From positions 340,143 through 372,142 of the forward strand of contig NZ_JBAGJC010000005.1 in NCBI RefSeq assembly GCF_036864765.1: DNA of 32,000 nucleotides, given 5' to 3'. The notes under the pieces were generated by a model. It did no database searches. It had not been told where the DNA came from and saw only the letters and a program-made list of their open reading frames with translations. This stretch comes from Paenibacillus sanfengchensis. GTDB lineage: Bacteria > Bacillota > Bacilli > Paenibacillales > Paenibacillaceae. The translations under genes were made by a program, and so were the position numbers. Below are positions 1 through 8,300 of this stretch, piece after piece; the stretch's first letter is position 1, and each line of letters starts with the position of its first letter.

Positions 1-401
1 TCAGCCTGCCGGTAGCCATCCGGGAGAGCGAGACGAGAATCGCCTCGGACATCGCCAGCTGCGGTCCGGCCTTCATCGCTTTTATTCTTCAGCAATGGGC
101 GCAAGAGGCCGCAAGACTCACGGGAATCACCCTCCCCGAGGCGGTCAGGCTGGGGGCAGAAATGCTGCACGGCACGGGCAAACTGTTGACCGAGGGCGGC
201 TTCACACCGCAGGAACTGCAACGGCGGGTCGCGGTCCCGGGCGGCGTGACCGCGGAAGGCATCGCCGTGCTGGAAAACGGGCTTCAGGATGTTTTTCAGC
301 GGCTCATTCAAACGACCCACCGGAAGTACGACGAGGATCTGGGCCGGCTCGATGTTCTGTTCGGCACGGAACCGGGAATCGCCCCGGACAAGGAAGCTTA
401 G
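1..401 (+). CDS. C-terminal part of a pyrroline-5-carboxylate reductase family protein (ProC/ComER-like); the 5' end lies outside the window
   Basis: Frame 3 is open from base 3 to the TAG at 399-401. The translation ...[44 protein letters not shown]...[20 protein letters not shown]... resembles the C-terminal dimerisation domain of P5C reductases (PGG-T-x-x-G-x-x-x-LE). Confidence 0.7.
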   Translation, partial: SLPVAIRESETRIASDIASCGPAFIAFILQQWAQEAARLTGITLPEAVRLGAEMLHGTGKLLTEGGFTPQELQRRVAVPGGVTAEGIAVLENGLQDVFQRLIQTTHRKYDEDLGRLDVLFGTEPGIAPDKEA

Positions 402-2839
402 CCGACGACGATGTTTACAAGCTTGCCGGGCACGGCGATCACTTTCCGGACCGTCTTGCCTTCCACCGCCTGCTTCACGTTCGGAAGGGCAAACGCATGC
501 TCCTGCATGGCCGCTTGGTCCAGGTCCTTGGAAATCTTCGTCCGGTCGACGATTTTGCCGTTGACCTGGACGACGATTTCCACTTCGGCGTCCACCGTCC
601 AAGCCTCGTCATAAGTCGGCCATGGTTCATAGGTCACCGTCTCTTTGTGGCCCAGGCTCTCCCACAATTCTTCCGCCAGATGCGGCGCCAACGGGGACAG
701 CATTTGCACGAAGTTCTCCGCCGCCGCTTTCGGAACAACATCAGTCTTATAGGCTTCGTTGACAAAAATCATCAGTTGGCTGATCGCCGTGTTGAAACGC
801 AATGCTTCGAAATCTTCCGTTACCTTTTTGACCGTCTTATGCCAGGTCCGCTTGAATTCGTCGCTGCCTTCGCCGTCCACAATCTTCGCGTTCAGACCAC
901 CGTCCTCGGCCACAAACAAGCGCCAAACGCGGGACAAGAAGCGGTGAGTCCCTTCAACGCCGTTGGCGTTCCAAGGCTTGGTCGCTTCCAGCGGCCCCAT
1001 GAACATTTCGTAAACCCGCAGCGTATCCGCCCCGTACTCGTTCACAATTTCGTCCGGATTGATGACATTCCCGCGCGACTTGCTCATCTTCTCATTGTTC
1101 GTACCGAGAATCATCCCTTGGTTGACCAGCTTGTGGAACGGTTCCTTCGTCGACACGACGCCGAGATCGTAGAGGACTTTATGCCAGAACCGCGCATACA
1201 GCAGGTGAAGAACCGCGTGTTCGGCTCCGCCGATGTACAAATCGACCGGCAGCCATTCCTGCTGCTTCTCCATGGAGCAAAGCTCCTTGTCATTGTGCGG
1301 ATCAATATACCGCAAGTAGTACCAGCAGCTTCCCGCCCACTGCGGCATCGTATTCGTTTCCCGGCGGGCCGGCATCCCGGTTTCCGGATCGGTCGTGTTC
1401 ACCCACTCGGTTACATTGGCCAGCGGGGATTCTCCCGTACCGGACGGCTTGATCGCTTCCACATCCGGCAGAACGAGCGGAAGCTGATCTTCCGGCACCG
1501 GCTTCATCGTGCCGTCTTCCAGATGGAGAATCGGAATCGGCTCGCCCCAGTACCGCTGCCGGCTGAACAGCCAATCGCGCAGACGGTAGGTTATTTTGCC
1601 TTTCCCCTTACCGTTCTCTTCGAGCCAGGCTATCATTTTCTTGATCGCCTCTTCATTGCGCAATCCGTTGAGGAAGTCGGAATTCACATGCGGTCCGTCC
1701 CCGGCATATGCCTCTTTGGACAAATCGCCGCCTTCCACCACTTCGATAATCGGCAGATCGAACTGCTTGGCGAATTCGTAGTCGCGCTCATCATGACCCG
1801 GCACGGCCATTATCGCTCCGGTCCCGTATCCGGCAAGCACGTAATCCGCAATCCAGATCGGCAGCTTGGCCCCGTTCACCGGGTTTACGGCATAAGCGCC
1901 GGTGAATACACCGGTCTTCTCCTTCGCCAAATCGGTCCGCTCCAGATCGCTCTTGCGCGCCGCCTGCTCCTGGTAAGCCTTTACGGCTTCGCGCTGCGCT
2001 TCGGTCGTGATCTTCTCCACCAATTCATGCTCGGGAGCCAGCACCGCGTAGCTTGCGCCAAACAAGGTGTCGGGGCGGGTCGTAAACACGGTGAGCGAGT
2101 CCTCATTCCCCTCAATCGAGAATACCACTTCCGCGCCTTCGGATTTGCCGATCCAGTTGCGCTGCATATCCTTGATGCTTTCGGACCAATCAAGCTCTTC
2201 CAGATCCTCGAGCAAACGCTCGGCATACTCCGTAATTTTCAACACCCACTGGCGCATCGGCTTCCGGATGACCGGATGTCCGCCGCGTTCGCTCTTGCCG
2301 TCGATGACTTCCTCGTTGGCCAACACTGTTCCGAGGGCAGGGCACCAGTTCACCGGCACTTCGGCCACGTAAGCCAAGCCCTTCTTGTAAAGCTGGATGA
2401 AAATCCACTGCGTCCATTTATAGTACTCCGGATCGGTCGTACTGATCTCCCGGTCCCAATCGTACGAGAAACCGAGCGATTTGATCTGGCGCCGGAAGTT
2501 GTTGATATTCTTGACCGTGATATCCCGCGGGTGCTCGCCGGTATCCAGGGCGTGCTGCTCCGCCGGCAGACCGAAGGCATCCCAGCCCATCGGATGAAGC
2601 ACATTATAGCCGCGCATCCGCTTGAAGCGGGATACGATATCCGTAGCCGTATAGCCTTCCGGATGGCCTACATGCAGCCCCGCGCCGGAAGGGTAAGGGA
2701 ACATATCCAACGCGTAAAACTTCGGTTTCCCCTCATCTTCTTTCGTTTTAAACGTTTTATTGTTCTCCCAGTAAGCTTGCCATTTCGGTTCGATGTTTTG
2801 GGCTTGGTAAACGTCGTGTGGCACGTTTTTGTCCGCCAT
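398..2839 (-). CDS. leuS: Leucine--tRNA ligase (class I LeuRS)
   Basis: An 824-aa ORF carries the class I signatures ([16 protein letters not shown] = HIGH region; KMSKSRGN = KMSKS) and LeuRS-type CP1/editing sequence. The start is placed at the ATG at 2839 ([11 protein letters not shown]...), preceded by GGGAGG (2848-2853) with 8-nt spacing. The track start at 2872 lacks an SD. Confidence 0.97.
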   Translation of the reverse strand: MADKNVPHDVYQAQNIEPKWQAYWENNKTFKTKEDEGKPKFYALDMFPYPSGAGLHVGHPEGYTATDIVSRFKRMRGYNVLHPMGWDAFGLPAEQHALDTGEHPRDITVKNINNFRRQIKSLGFSYDWDREISTTDPEYYKWTQWIFIQLYKKGLAYVAEVPVNWCPALGTVLANEEVIDGKSERGGHPVIRKPMRQWVLKITEYAERLLEDLEELDWSESIKDMQRNWIGKSEGAEVVFSIEGNEDSLTVFTTRPDTLFGASYAVLAPEHELVEKITTEAQREAVKAYQEQAARKSDLERTDLAKEKTGVFTGAYAVNPVNGAKLPIWIADYVLAGYGTGAIMAVPGHDERDYEFAKQFDLPIIEVVEGGDLSKEAYAGDGPHVNSDFLNGLRNEEAIKKMIAWLEENGKGKGKITYRLRDWLFSRQRYWGEPIPILHLEDGTMKPVPEDQLPLVLPDVEAIKPSGTGESPLANVTEWVNTTDPETGMPARRETNTMPQWAGSCWYYLRYIDPHNDKELCSMEKQQEWLPVDLYIGGAEHAVLHLLYARFWHKVLYDLGVVSTKEPFHKLVNQGMILGTNNEKMSKSRGNVINPDEIVNEYGADTLRVYEMFMGPLEATKPWNANGVEGTHRFLSRVWRLFVAEDGGLNAKIVDGEGSDEFKRTWHKTVKKVTEDFEALRFNTAISQLMIFVNEAYKTDVVPKAAAENFVQMLSPLAPHLAEELWESLGHKETVTYEPWPTYDEAWTVDAEVEIVVQVNGKIVDRTKISKDLDQAAMQEHAFALPNVKQAVEGKTVRKVIAVPGKLVNIVVG

Positions 2840-2892
2840 AATGTAATCCTCCCTAAAATCATTCATTGTCAAATATATCCTGTGCAGAATAT

Positions 2893-2938
2893 AAAAAAAC
2901 CTCCCGATCCATAGCGTATCATCGCTAGGGACGAGAGG
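2893..2938 (-). terminator. Intrinsic terminator (expression platform) of the leuS T-box
   Basis: Minus strand reads CCTCTCGTCCCTAG-(loop)-CTATGGATCGGGAGG followed by TTTTTTT (plus A-run 2893-2899). The 5' arm overlaps sequence that could alternatively pair with the T-box motif to form the antiterminator. Confidence 0.85.
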
Positions 2939-3150
2939 AAATTTCCCGTGGTACCACCCTAGTTAGCGTCGGACATGCTTTGTCGTTCGCTCCCTTTACA
3001 CCCTTAACGCGGGTAAGACGATGATGTTTTGCATCATAACTCCGAGGCGAGTTCATCTCCATTCTCCAACCGGCTTGCACCAAACACCGGCTCTCTGGGT
3101 GGCAGAATCGAAAACTAATATTCCTCTTCAAAGTTTAATCAATTTGCAAT
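2893..3150 (-). promoter_or_regulatory. T-box leader (tRNA-Leu sensing riboswitch) of leuS
   Basis: The minus strand carries the conserved T-box sequence AGGGTGGTACCACGG (plus coordinates 2946-2960) directly upstream of a terminator hairpin plus U7. Stem I elements are present: AGAGAG...GGTGCAAGCC. A candidate specifier is GAA-CUC-G, with the CUC Leu codon at plus 3049-3051. The leader lies between a sigmaA-like promoter and the leuS SD. Confidence 0.9.
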
Positions 3151-3163
3151 TAAATCACCATCC

Positions 3164-3192
3164 ATTATATAAAACCAAACAGCCGCCGTCAA
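3164..3192 (-). promoter_or_regulatory. SigmaA-type promoter for the leuS leader
   Basis: Minus strand reads TTGACG (plus 3187-3192), a 17-nt spacer, then TATAAT (plus 3164-3169). It sits just upstream of T-box stem I. Confidence 0.75.
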
Positions 3193-3239
3193 TGGGGCCG
3201 GACTGAATCGCAAGCCCACAAAAAACATGAAAAACCCCC

Positions 3240-3267
3240 TTTACAGTTCGAGGGAAAGGAGTATAAT
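3240..3267 (+). promoter_or_regulatory. SigmaA-type promoter for tRNA-Pro
   Basis: TTTACA (3240-3245), a 16-nt spacer, then TATAAT (3262-3267), about 35 nt upstream of the tRNA 5' end. It is divergent from the leuS promoter. Confidence 0.65.
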
Positions 3268-3301
3268 TTATTAATGTTTCCACCATTTATTTTTTCGTTG
3301 C

Positions 3302-3378
3302 CGAGACGTGGCTCAGCTTGGTAGAGCGCTTGCTTCGGGAGCAAGAGGTCGCAGGTTCAAATCCTGTCGTCTCGACCA
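3302..3378 (+). tRNA. tRNA-Pro (anticodon CGG), with encoded CCA
   Basis: A hand-folded cloverleaf fits: acceptor CGAGACG/CGTCTCG, D arm GCTC-AGCTTGGTA-GAGC, anticodon arm CTTGC-TTCGGGA-GCAAG (anticodon CGG, G37), variable AGGTC, T arm GCAGG-TTCAAAT-CCTGT, discriminator A, CCA. The C1-G72 pair is typical of bacterial tRNA-Pro. Confidence 0.92.
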
Positions 3379-3391
3379 TTATAAAATCAAC

Positions 3392-3421
3392 GGTTGCGGG
3401 GCTTTTGACCGCAACTTTTTT
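3392..3421 (+). terminator. Intrinsic terminator after tRNA-Pro
   Basis: GGTTGCGG (3392-3399) / CCGCAAC (3409-3415) hairpin followed by TTTTTT (3416-3421). Confidence 0.85.
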
Positions 3422-3465
3422 ATGCTCAAAAACGCTGAATGTACCAACCGTGTACCAACGGATTT

Positions 3466-3514
3466 AAAAAAACGGAGAAGAGGAGCTTTCGTTAGTTCGA
3501 GCAAGCTCCTCTTC
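3466..3514 (-). terminator. Intrinsic terminator for the minus-strand small-gene strip
   Basis: An 11-bp perfect stem GAAGAGGAGCT (3477-3487) / AGCTCCTCTTC (3504-3514). On the minus strand it is followed by a U-run (plus A-run 3466-3472). It lies just downstream of the RHH-like ORF ending at 3573. Confidence 0.75.
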
Positions 3515-3572
3515 GCTTATCTTACTTGAAATCCTGAAAGCAACTCGCTTCGTTTACGAGCCGCTTCCTTCT

Positions 3573-3752
3573 TTATTTTTGGAGATCGTTATATTCCATC
3601 TCAATCCCTCTGCTCACGATATCTTAACATGTCATATTCAGCTTCTCAGCGGAAGCATCGAGCTTGCTCATCATTTCTTGATCGACACGTACTTCAATCT
3701 TTTCACTTTTGGGATTGTCAGATGGAGGACGCCCCATCTTTTTGAACGACAT
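3573..3752 (-). pseudogene. Ribbon-helix-helix (CopG/MobC-like) small protein gene interrupted by an in-frame TAA
   Basis: An ATG at 3752 follows a GGGGTGA SD. The translation is MSFKKMGRPPSDNPKSEKIEVRVDQEMMSKLDASAEKLNMTC-stop(TAA, plus 3624-3626)-DIVSRGIEMEYNDLQK-stop. The MGRPP...E(I/V)R(V/L)...LD..A.KLN... pattern is typical of Firmicute RHH proteins. The ORF is absent from the track because it is under 60 aa. Confidence 0.55.
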
Positions 3753-4110
3753 GGCTTCACCCCGCTATTCGCCCAACACCCGGTTCACCGCGTCAAGCAT
3801 CGCCTGGATGGAATCCTGGTCCAACAAAATACTGACTCCCTTCGGAACCCGTTACGCCACTCATGATCGAAATCCGCAAACCTCTCATTTTCGGCAAGTT
3901 GGAAGAACTCGCATTTTTTCAAATCCTGCCAGAAACGAACCGAAGCCTGTCCGGCCAAATAAGTCACCTGAACCAAACCTCCGCCAAGTAAATACAAGCA
4001 GTTTTTTGGGGCTGCGCGGTGCTGATAAATTGACCTCCGTTAACTGAACGGGGTGCCTGATCTCTTCCCTGGACAACTCCAGCGATAGTATCTGATAGGT
4101 GTCCCCATCA
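3753..4110 (-). pseudogene. Decayed gene of unknown family (reading frame broken across three minus-strand frames)
   Basis: Overlapping minus-strand ORF pieces lie in different frames: 3885-4076, 3785-3997, and a third frame ending ...VPKGVSILLDQDSIQAMLDAVNRVLGE-stop immediately before the RHH start. This pattern is expected for frameshift decay. No family was recognised. Confidence 0.35.
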
Positions 4111-4119
4111 ACGATTAGC

Positions 4120-4339
4120 TTAATAAACGCGCATCTCTTCGTCTTCCGCCGGAAGGATAATCACGGTGTCCGTTCCCAACCAAAGGCTCGCGCCGTAAAA
4201 AAATTGACCCAATGCCGTCATAGTTTGCGAAAATCTGGTTAAGGTCCGCTTTTTCCATGCGGAAATCCGGGTGGTCGAAAACCAATCTCGCCTCCCCGAC
4301 ATATTCAATTAAACCGCTGCCCCTAGTCCAATCCATCAC
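4120..4339 (-). pseudogene. Small ORF of unknown function split by a frameshift in a homopolymer run
   Basis: Track ORFs 4115-4339 and 4120-4308 (both minus) join into one 71-aa ORF if one base is removed from the 7-nt homopolymer at 4197-4203. The joined product is MDWTRGSGLIEYVGEARLVFDHPDFRMEKADLNQIFANYDGIGSIF|YGASLWLGTDTVIILPAEDEEMRVY. Confidence 0.4.
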
Positions 4340-4846
4340 GGCTCCTCCAAATTGATATTTCGGTTATATCTATAAATTCTGTTTATTTTCAGATATTCCC
4401 CTCAAAGTTCAGGAAAGCTTAAAATCGTTCTCCACATGGCAATCAGCAATCATTTTCTCCCATTATATAACATTCGTTCCTTTATTTGCAGAAACATTCA
4501 GAAAAATTCAGAAAAATCCAGGAAATATAAGCAATAATGAGATATATTGTATTATTTGGCATTATATATATTATTTTTAAATTTTATGTTTATATTTAAA
4601 CATTGAGCAAATTGGGCATTAGAACTAAGATTAAAACCGCTACAAAATTCCAATTAAAGGAAGAAGGGAAGACTGTCAAAAAATGATGGATAACGCAAGG
4701 TCGTCATGCTCAGTGTTTTTTTCGCTGTAATTTCCGATGCCATGGAACTCAAAGCAGGTGTGGTTCTTAAATCTGAGGAAAACACGAAATAAAATGCAGT
4801 CACGGATTTTTTTGTCTTAAACACAACGAAAGGATTGTGAGTGTTT

Positions 4847-6031
4847 ATGAAAAAAGTTGCACTAGTAAGCCCATTGAGAACGGCGGTCGGCTCCTTTAAC
4901 AAAACCCTTGCGCCTTTAAGCGCTCCCGAACTGGGGGCCAACGTGATGACAGCATGCCTTCAGCAAAGCAAACTAGAGCCGGCTAAGATTGATCAAGTCT
5001 TTCTGGGAAATGTCCTTCAGGCGGGCGTTGGCCAGAACCCCGCCAGACAGGCGGCGCTCAAAGCCGACATCCCCATCGATGTGCCCGCATCAACGATCAA
5101 CACGGTTTGCGGTTCAGGACTTCATGCCATTGCATTAGCTTACGAATCCATATTGGCGGAGCAAAGCAGCATCGTCATGGCCGGAGGCATGGAGAGCATG
5201 TCCAACGCCCCTTATCTGCTAAGCGATGCCCGAAACGGCTACAGACTGGGCAACGGCGAACTGGTCGACTCCTTGGTGAACGACGGCCTTACGTGCCCGA
5301 TCAACAAATACCATATGGGAATTACCGCAGAAAATGTTGCCGAAAAATATAAAATTTCTAGACTTGAACAGGATGGATTTTCCTACCAAAGCCAGATAAA
5401 GGCCGCGGAAGCCAGAAACAAAAAGGTTTTTGCGGAACAGATCGTTCCGGTCACGATCAAAACCAAAAAAGAAACGATCAGTTTCGCGGAAGACGAACAC
5501 GTAAGAGGAGATACCACCAAGGAAAAACTCTCCAGTTTAAAGCCCGCGTTTAAGAAGGACGGAACGGTTACCGCGGGAAATGCTTCGGGAATCAATGATG
5601 GTGCGGCGGCCGTACTCGTCGTATCGGAAGACAAATGTAAAGGGCTTGCGTTAAAACCGCTGGCATATATCAAGGGTTACTCGTTGGTCGGCGTCGATCC
5701 CGCCTATATGGGAATGGGACCGGTGAAAGCCATTTCGTCGCTTCTTAAACGCCAGGGAATGTCCATCGATGACATCGATCTTTTTGAAATTAATGAAGCC
5801 TTCGCCGCGCAAGCAGTTGCGGTATTGAAGGAGCTTGGGATCCGTCCGGACAAGGTCAATGTTAATGGCGGCGCAATCGCAATCGGGCATCCTGTCGGGG
5901 CAAGCGGCGCTAGAATATTGGTTACGCTGGTTCACGAAATGATACGAAGATCTTCACGTTACGGCATAGCCTCGTTATGCATCGGAACGGGCATGGGAAT
6001 CGCGATGCTGGTTGAGAATGCACTCATTTAA
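4847..6031 (+). CDS. thl: Acetyl-CoA C-acetyltransferase (biosynthetic thiolase)
   Basis: Thiolase signatures are present: VPASTINTVCGSGLHAI (active-site Cys region), NASGINDGAAA, NVNGGAIAIGHPVGASGAR and CIGTGMGIA near the C-terminus. The start is the ATG at 4847 (or the GTG at 4841) after GAAAGGA. Confidence 0.93.
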   Translation: MKKVALVSPLRTAVGSFNKTLAPLSAPELGANVMTACLQQSKLEPAKIDQVFLGNVLQAGVGQNPARQAALKADIPIDVPASTINTVCGSGLHAIALAYESILAEQSSIVMAGGMESMSNAPYLLSDARNGYRLGNGELVDSLVNDGLTCPINKYHMGITAENVAEKYKISRLEQDGFSYQSQIKAAEARNKKVFAEQIVPVTIKTKKETISFAEDEHVRGDTTKEKLSSLKPAFKKDGTVTAGNASGINDGAAAVLVVSEDKCKGLALKPLAYIKGYSLVGVDPAYMGMGPVKAISSLLKRQGMSIDDIDLFEINEAFAAQAVAVLKELGIRPDKVNVNGGAIAIGHPVGASGARILVTLVHEMIRRSSRYGIASLCIGTGMGIAMLVENALI

Positions 6032-6056
6032 CTAAAAAAGGGAGAGCGAGATCGTT

Positions 6057-6803
6057 ATGAATCAAAAAGAGGTACTTTCACTGCAATCGATGCCTGCGGC
6101 CAGCGCCAGTTACGGACGACCGCCATGCCGTTTCATTAACCGGGAATTTTTTATCATTACTTATGAATCCGATCCCGCCGCGATTAGACAGGCGGTCCCA
6201 GAACCGCTTGAGCCGGACGGAAGCAACACCGTTTCGTATGAGTGGATCAAGATGCCCGATTCGTCCGGTTTGGGAAGCTATGAGGAAAGCGGGATTGTTA
6301 TTCCGTGTACTTTTCAAGGAAAGCCGTGCAATTTTGTCGCGCAAATGTATTTGGACAACGCACCCGCTATTCTCGGGGGACGGGAAATCTGGGGATTTCC
6401 GAAAAAATGGGCGAAACCTCGCTTGAGAGTCGAAGAAACCGAGACGCTGACGGGCACACTGCACTATAATAACGTCCTGGTGGCCGTGGGAACGATGCCT
6501 TTCAAATATCACATTCTCGATGAAGCGGAAACGGCTAAATCGATCGCCAAAACCCAGGTTAATTTAAAATTGATCCCCGATGTTGACGGCACTCCGAAAA
6601 TCGCTCAGTTAGTGGCGTATAATCTGGAAAACATCACGGTAAAAGGCGCCTGGTCAGGGCCCTCCAGATTATTCCTGGTCCCCCATGTCAATGCCCCTGT
6701 GGCCGACTTGCCAGTGAAAGCTTATGTTGGCGGAAAACATTTTATCGCCGATTTAACGCTGCCCTATGCGAGAGTCATCCACGATTATCTCCAAGAAAGT
6801 TAG
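6057..6803 (+). CDS. adc: Acetoacetate decarboxylase
   Basis: The protein is collinear with clostridial Adc as recalled from memory: P..FINREFF.I.Y..D..A.R..VPEPLE, Y.ESG..IP, MYLDN.PAI.GGRE..GFPKK (the Lys-Lys pair holding the Schiff-base Lys), NLKLIPDVDGTPKI, W.GP.RL.L..H..AP.ADLPVK, and LPYARVIHDYL at the end. Confidence 0.9.
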   Translation: MNQKEVLSLQSMPAASASYGRPPCRFINREFFIITYESDPAAIRQAVPEPLEPDGSNTVSYEWIKMPDSSGLGSYEESGIVIPCTFQGKPCNFVAQMYLDNAPAILGGREIWGFPKKWAKPRLRVEETETLTGTLHYNNVLVAVGTMPFKYHILDEAETAKSIAKTQVNLKLIPDVDGTPKIAQLVAYNLENITVKGAWSGPSRLFLVPHVNAPVADLPVKAYVGGKHFIADLTLPYARVIHDYLQES

Positions 6804-6836
6804 TTTCCCTAAAAATCAAATAAGGGTGGGAGAAAC

Positions 6837-7496
6837 ATGATGAACAAAATCATCTCTGCGGAAGAAGCGGTTAAGAAGGTGAAAGACGGGGATACGGTGA
6901 TGGTCGGCGGTTTTCTCGCCGGAGGTTATCCGGAAGAGCTGGTGCGCGCGCTGGTCGACACTAATTCCGCCGGCAATCTAACCGTAATTTCCAACGACAC
7001 GGGCACATCGGAACTATCGATCTATGAGCTTGTGAAAAGCGGCCGAGTAAAGCGGATTTTTGCTTCCTACATCGGCGCCAATCCGGAAACAGGAAGACTC
7101 CTGATGACGAAAGAAGCGGATGTGCAGCTCTTCCCGCAAGGCACGCTCGCGGAAAAAATCCGCGCGGGAGGAGCGGGCTTGGGCGGTGTTTTAACCCCTG
7201 TAGGCGTAGGCACCGTTGTCGAGGCAGGTAAACAGAAGCTGGAGATAGACGGACGGGAATATTTGCTGGAGCTACCGCTCAAAGCGGACGTGGCGTTAAT
7301 TCGCGCCCATAAGGGGGATGAAGCGGGGAACCTGGTCATCAACGGCTCTTCACGCAACTTCAATATCATTATGGCAACGGCGGCCGAGTATGTCATTGCA
7401 CAGACGGACGAATACGTAAAGGCAGGGGACATTGATCCCAATCATGTCAACGTCCCCGGAATCTTTGTCGATGCGATCGTAAAGGTGGGAGATTAA
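6837..7496 (+). CDS. ctfA: Acetoacetate/3-oxoacid CoA-transferase subunit A
   Basis: Family I CoA-transferase alpha subunit pattern: ...DGDTVMVGGF.., SNDTG, ..GTLAEKIRAGGAGLGGVLTPVGVGT.., ..ALIRAHKGDEAGNL... The second ATG at 6840 has better SD spacing (GGGTGGGAG). Confidence 0.9.
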   Translation: MMNKIISAEEAVKKVKDGDTVMVGGFLAGGYPEELVRALVDTNSAGNLTVISNDTGTSELSIYELVKSGRVKRIFASYIGANPETGRLLMTKEADVQLFPQGTLAEKIRAGGAGLGGVLTPVGVGTVVEAGKQKLEIDGREYLLELPLKADVALIRAHKGDEAGNLVINGSSRNFNIIMATAAEYVIAQTDEYVKAGDIDPNHVNVPGIFVDAIVKVGD

Positions 7497-7498
7497 GC

Positions 7499-8155
7499 AT
7501 GAATAACCGAGAATTAATCGTTAGAAGAATAGCCCGGGAATTTAAAGACGGCGATATCGTCAACCTTGGAATCGGCCTGCCTACCATGGCGGTGGACTAT
7601 ATCCCCGAAAACGTGCATATTACGCTGCAGGCTGAGAATGGAATTGTCGGCGTAGGTCCCAAAGCGGCTCAGGGAAAGGAAAGACTCGATTGTATCGATG
7701 CTGGCGGAAACTACGTAACTACCGTAAAAGGAGCTTGTTTTATCGACAGTACGCTATCTTTTTCCATTATTCGCGGAGGGCATGTAGACATCACCGTTCT
7801 GGGCGCCCTGGAGGTCGATGAGCAAGGCAACCTGGCAAGCTGGATGATTCCCGGGAAAAAAGTGCCGGGTATGGGCGGGGCCATGGATTTGGTGGTTGGA
7901 GCCAAGCGGGTGATCGTAGCCATGGAGCATCTGACCAAAGACGGAGCGCCGAAAATCCTGAAAACCTGCAAGCTCCCCCTAACCGCCGTAAATGTTGTAA
8001 AGACCATCGTTACCGAAATGGCCGTCATCGATGTGATTCCAGGCAAAGGGCTGCTACTGAAGGAAATCGCTTCGGGTTTGTCGGTGGAAGACGTTCAGAA
8101 GGCAACCGAGGCTAAGCTGATGGTTTCACCGGATTTGAAGGCTATTGCAGTGTAA
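7499..8155 (+). CDS. ctfB: Acetoacetate/3-oxoacid CoA-transferase subunit B
   Basis: Beta-subunit pattern: VNLGIGLPT, LQAENGIVG (ENG motif with the catalytic Glu), IRGGHVDITVLGALEVD..GNLA.W..PGK.VPGMGGAMDLV.GAKRVIV.MEH. The start lies 2 nt after the ctfA stop. Confidence 0.9.
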   Translation: MNNRELIVRRIAREFKDGDIVNLGIGLPTMAVDYIPENVHITLQAENGIVGVGPKAAQGKERLDCIDAGGNYVTTVKGACFIDSTLSFSIIRGGHVDITVLGALEVDEQGNLASWMIPGKKVPGMGGAMDLVVGAKRVIVAMEHLTKDGAPKILKTCKLPLTAVNVVKTIVTEMAVIDVIPGKGLLLKEIASGLSVEDVQKATEAKLMVSPDLKAIAV

Positions 8156-8167
8156 ATCATAGAAGTG

Positions 8168-8215
8168 GAACAAGCCCTCAAGGAAATCAGCTTCCCGAAG
8201 GGGCTTGTTCTTTTT
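8168..8215 (+). terminator. Intrinsic terminator of the thl-adc-ctfAB operon
   Basis: GAACAAGCCC (8168-8177) / GGGCTTGTTC (8201-8210) stem followed by TTTTT (8211-8215). Confidence 0.85.
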
Positions 8216-8300
8216 CGTATTAGTTTGTCGTCACCTTTACCTTGTAAGGATCCGTAATGCCTATCCGTTCATTTGAAGGAAATAGAGGGAATTTATATCA

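Noticed and set aside
95-2914. A 939-aa plus-strand ORF covering all of leuS in antisense
   Set aside because: It is exactly in codon register with leuS (both have codon low-coordinates of 2 mod 3). Its stops TAA/TAG/TGA would therefore correspond to sense codons TTA/CTA/TCA. An open antisense frame simply means leuS uses none of these rare codons. The product is Arg/Gly/His/Pro-rich low-complexity sequence with no SD and no motifs. leuS on the other strand has unambiguous class I synthetase signatures.
4555-4625. Possible sigma54 (-24/-12) promoter at TGGCAT / TGGGCA strings upstream of thl
   Set aside because: Neither string is followed by the required TTGC(A/T) element at the correct 5-nt spacing. 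A weak sigmaA-like TTGAGC-17-TAAGAT (4603-4631) is possible but unproven, so no promoter feature was called.
4654-4941. A 95-aa minus-strand ORF overlapping the thiolase start
   Set aside because: It runs antisense across the thl start and the AT-rich leader, and has no SD or motif. thl on the plus strand is unambiguous.
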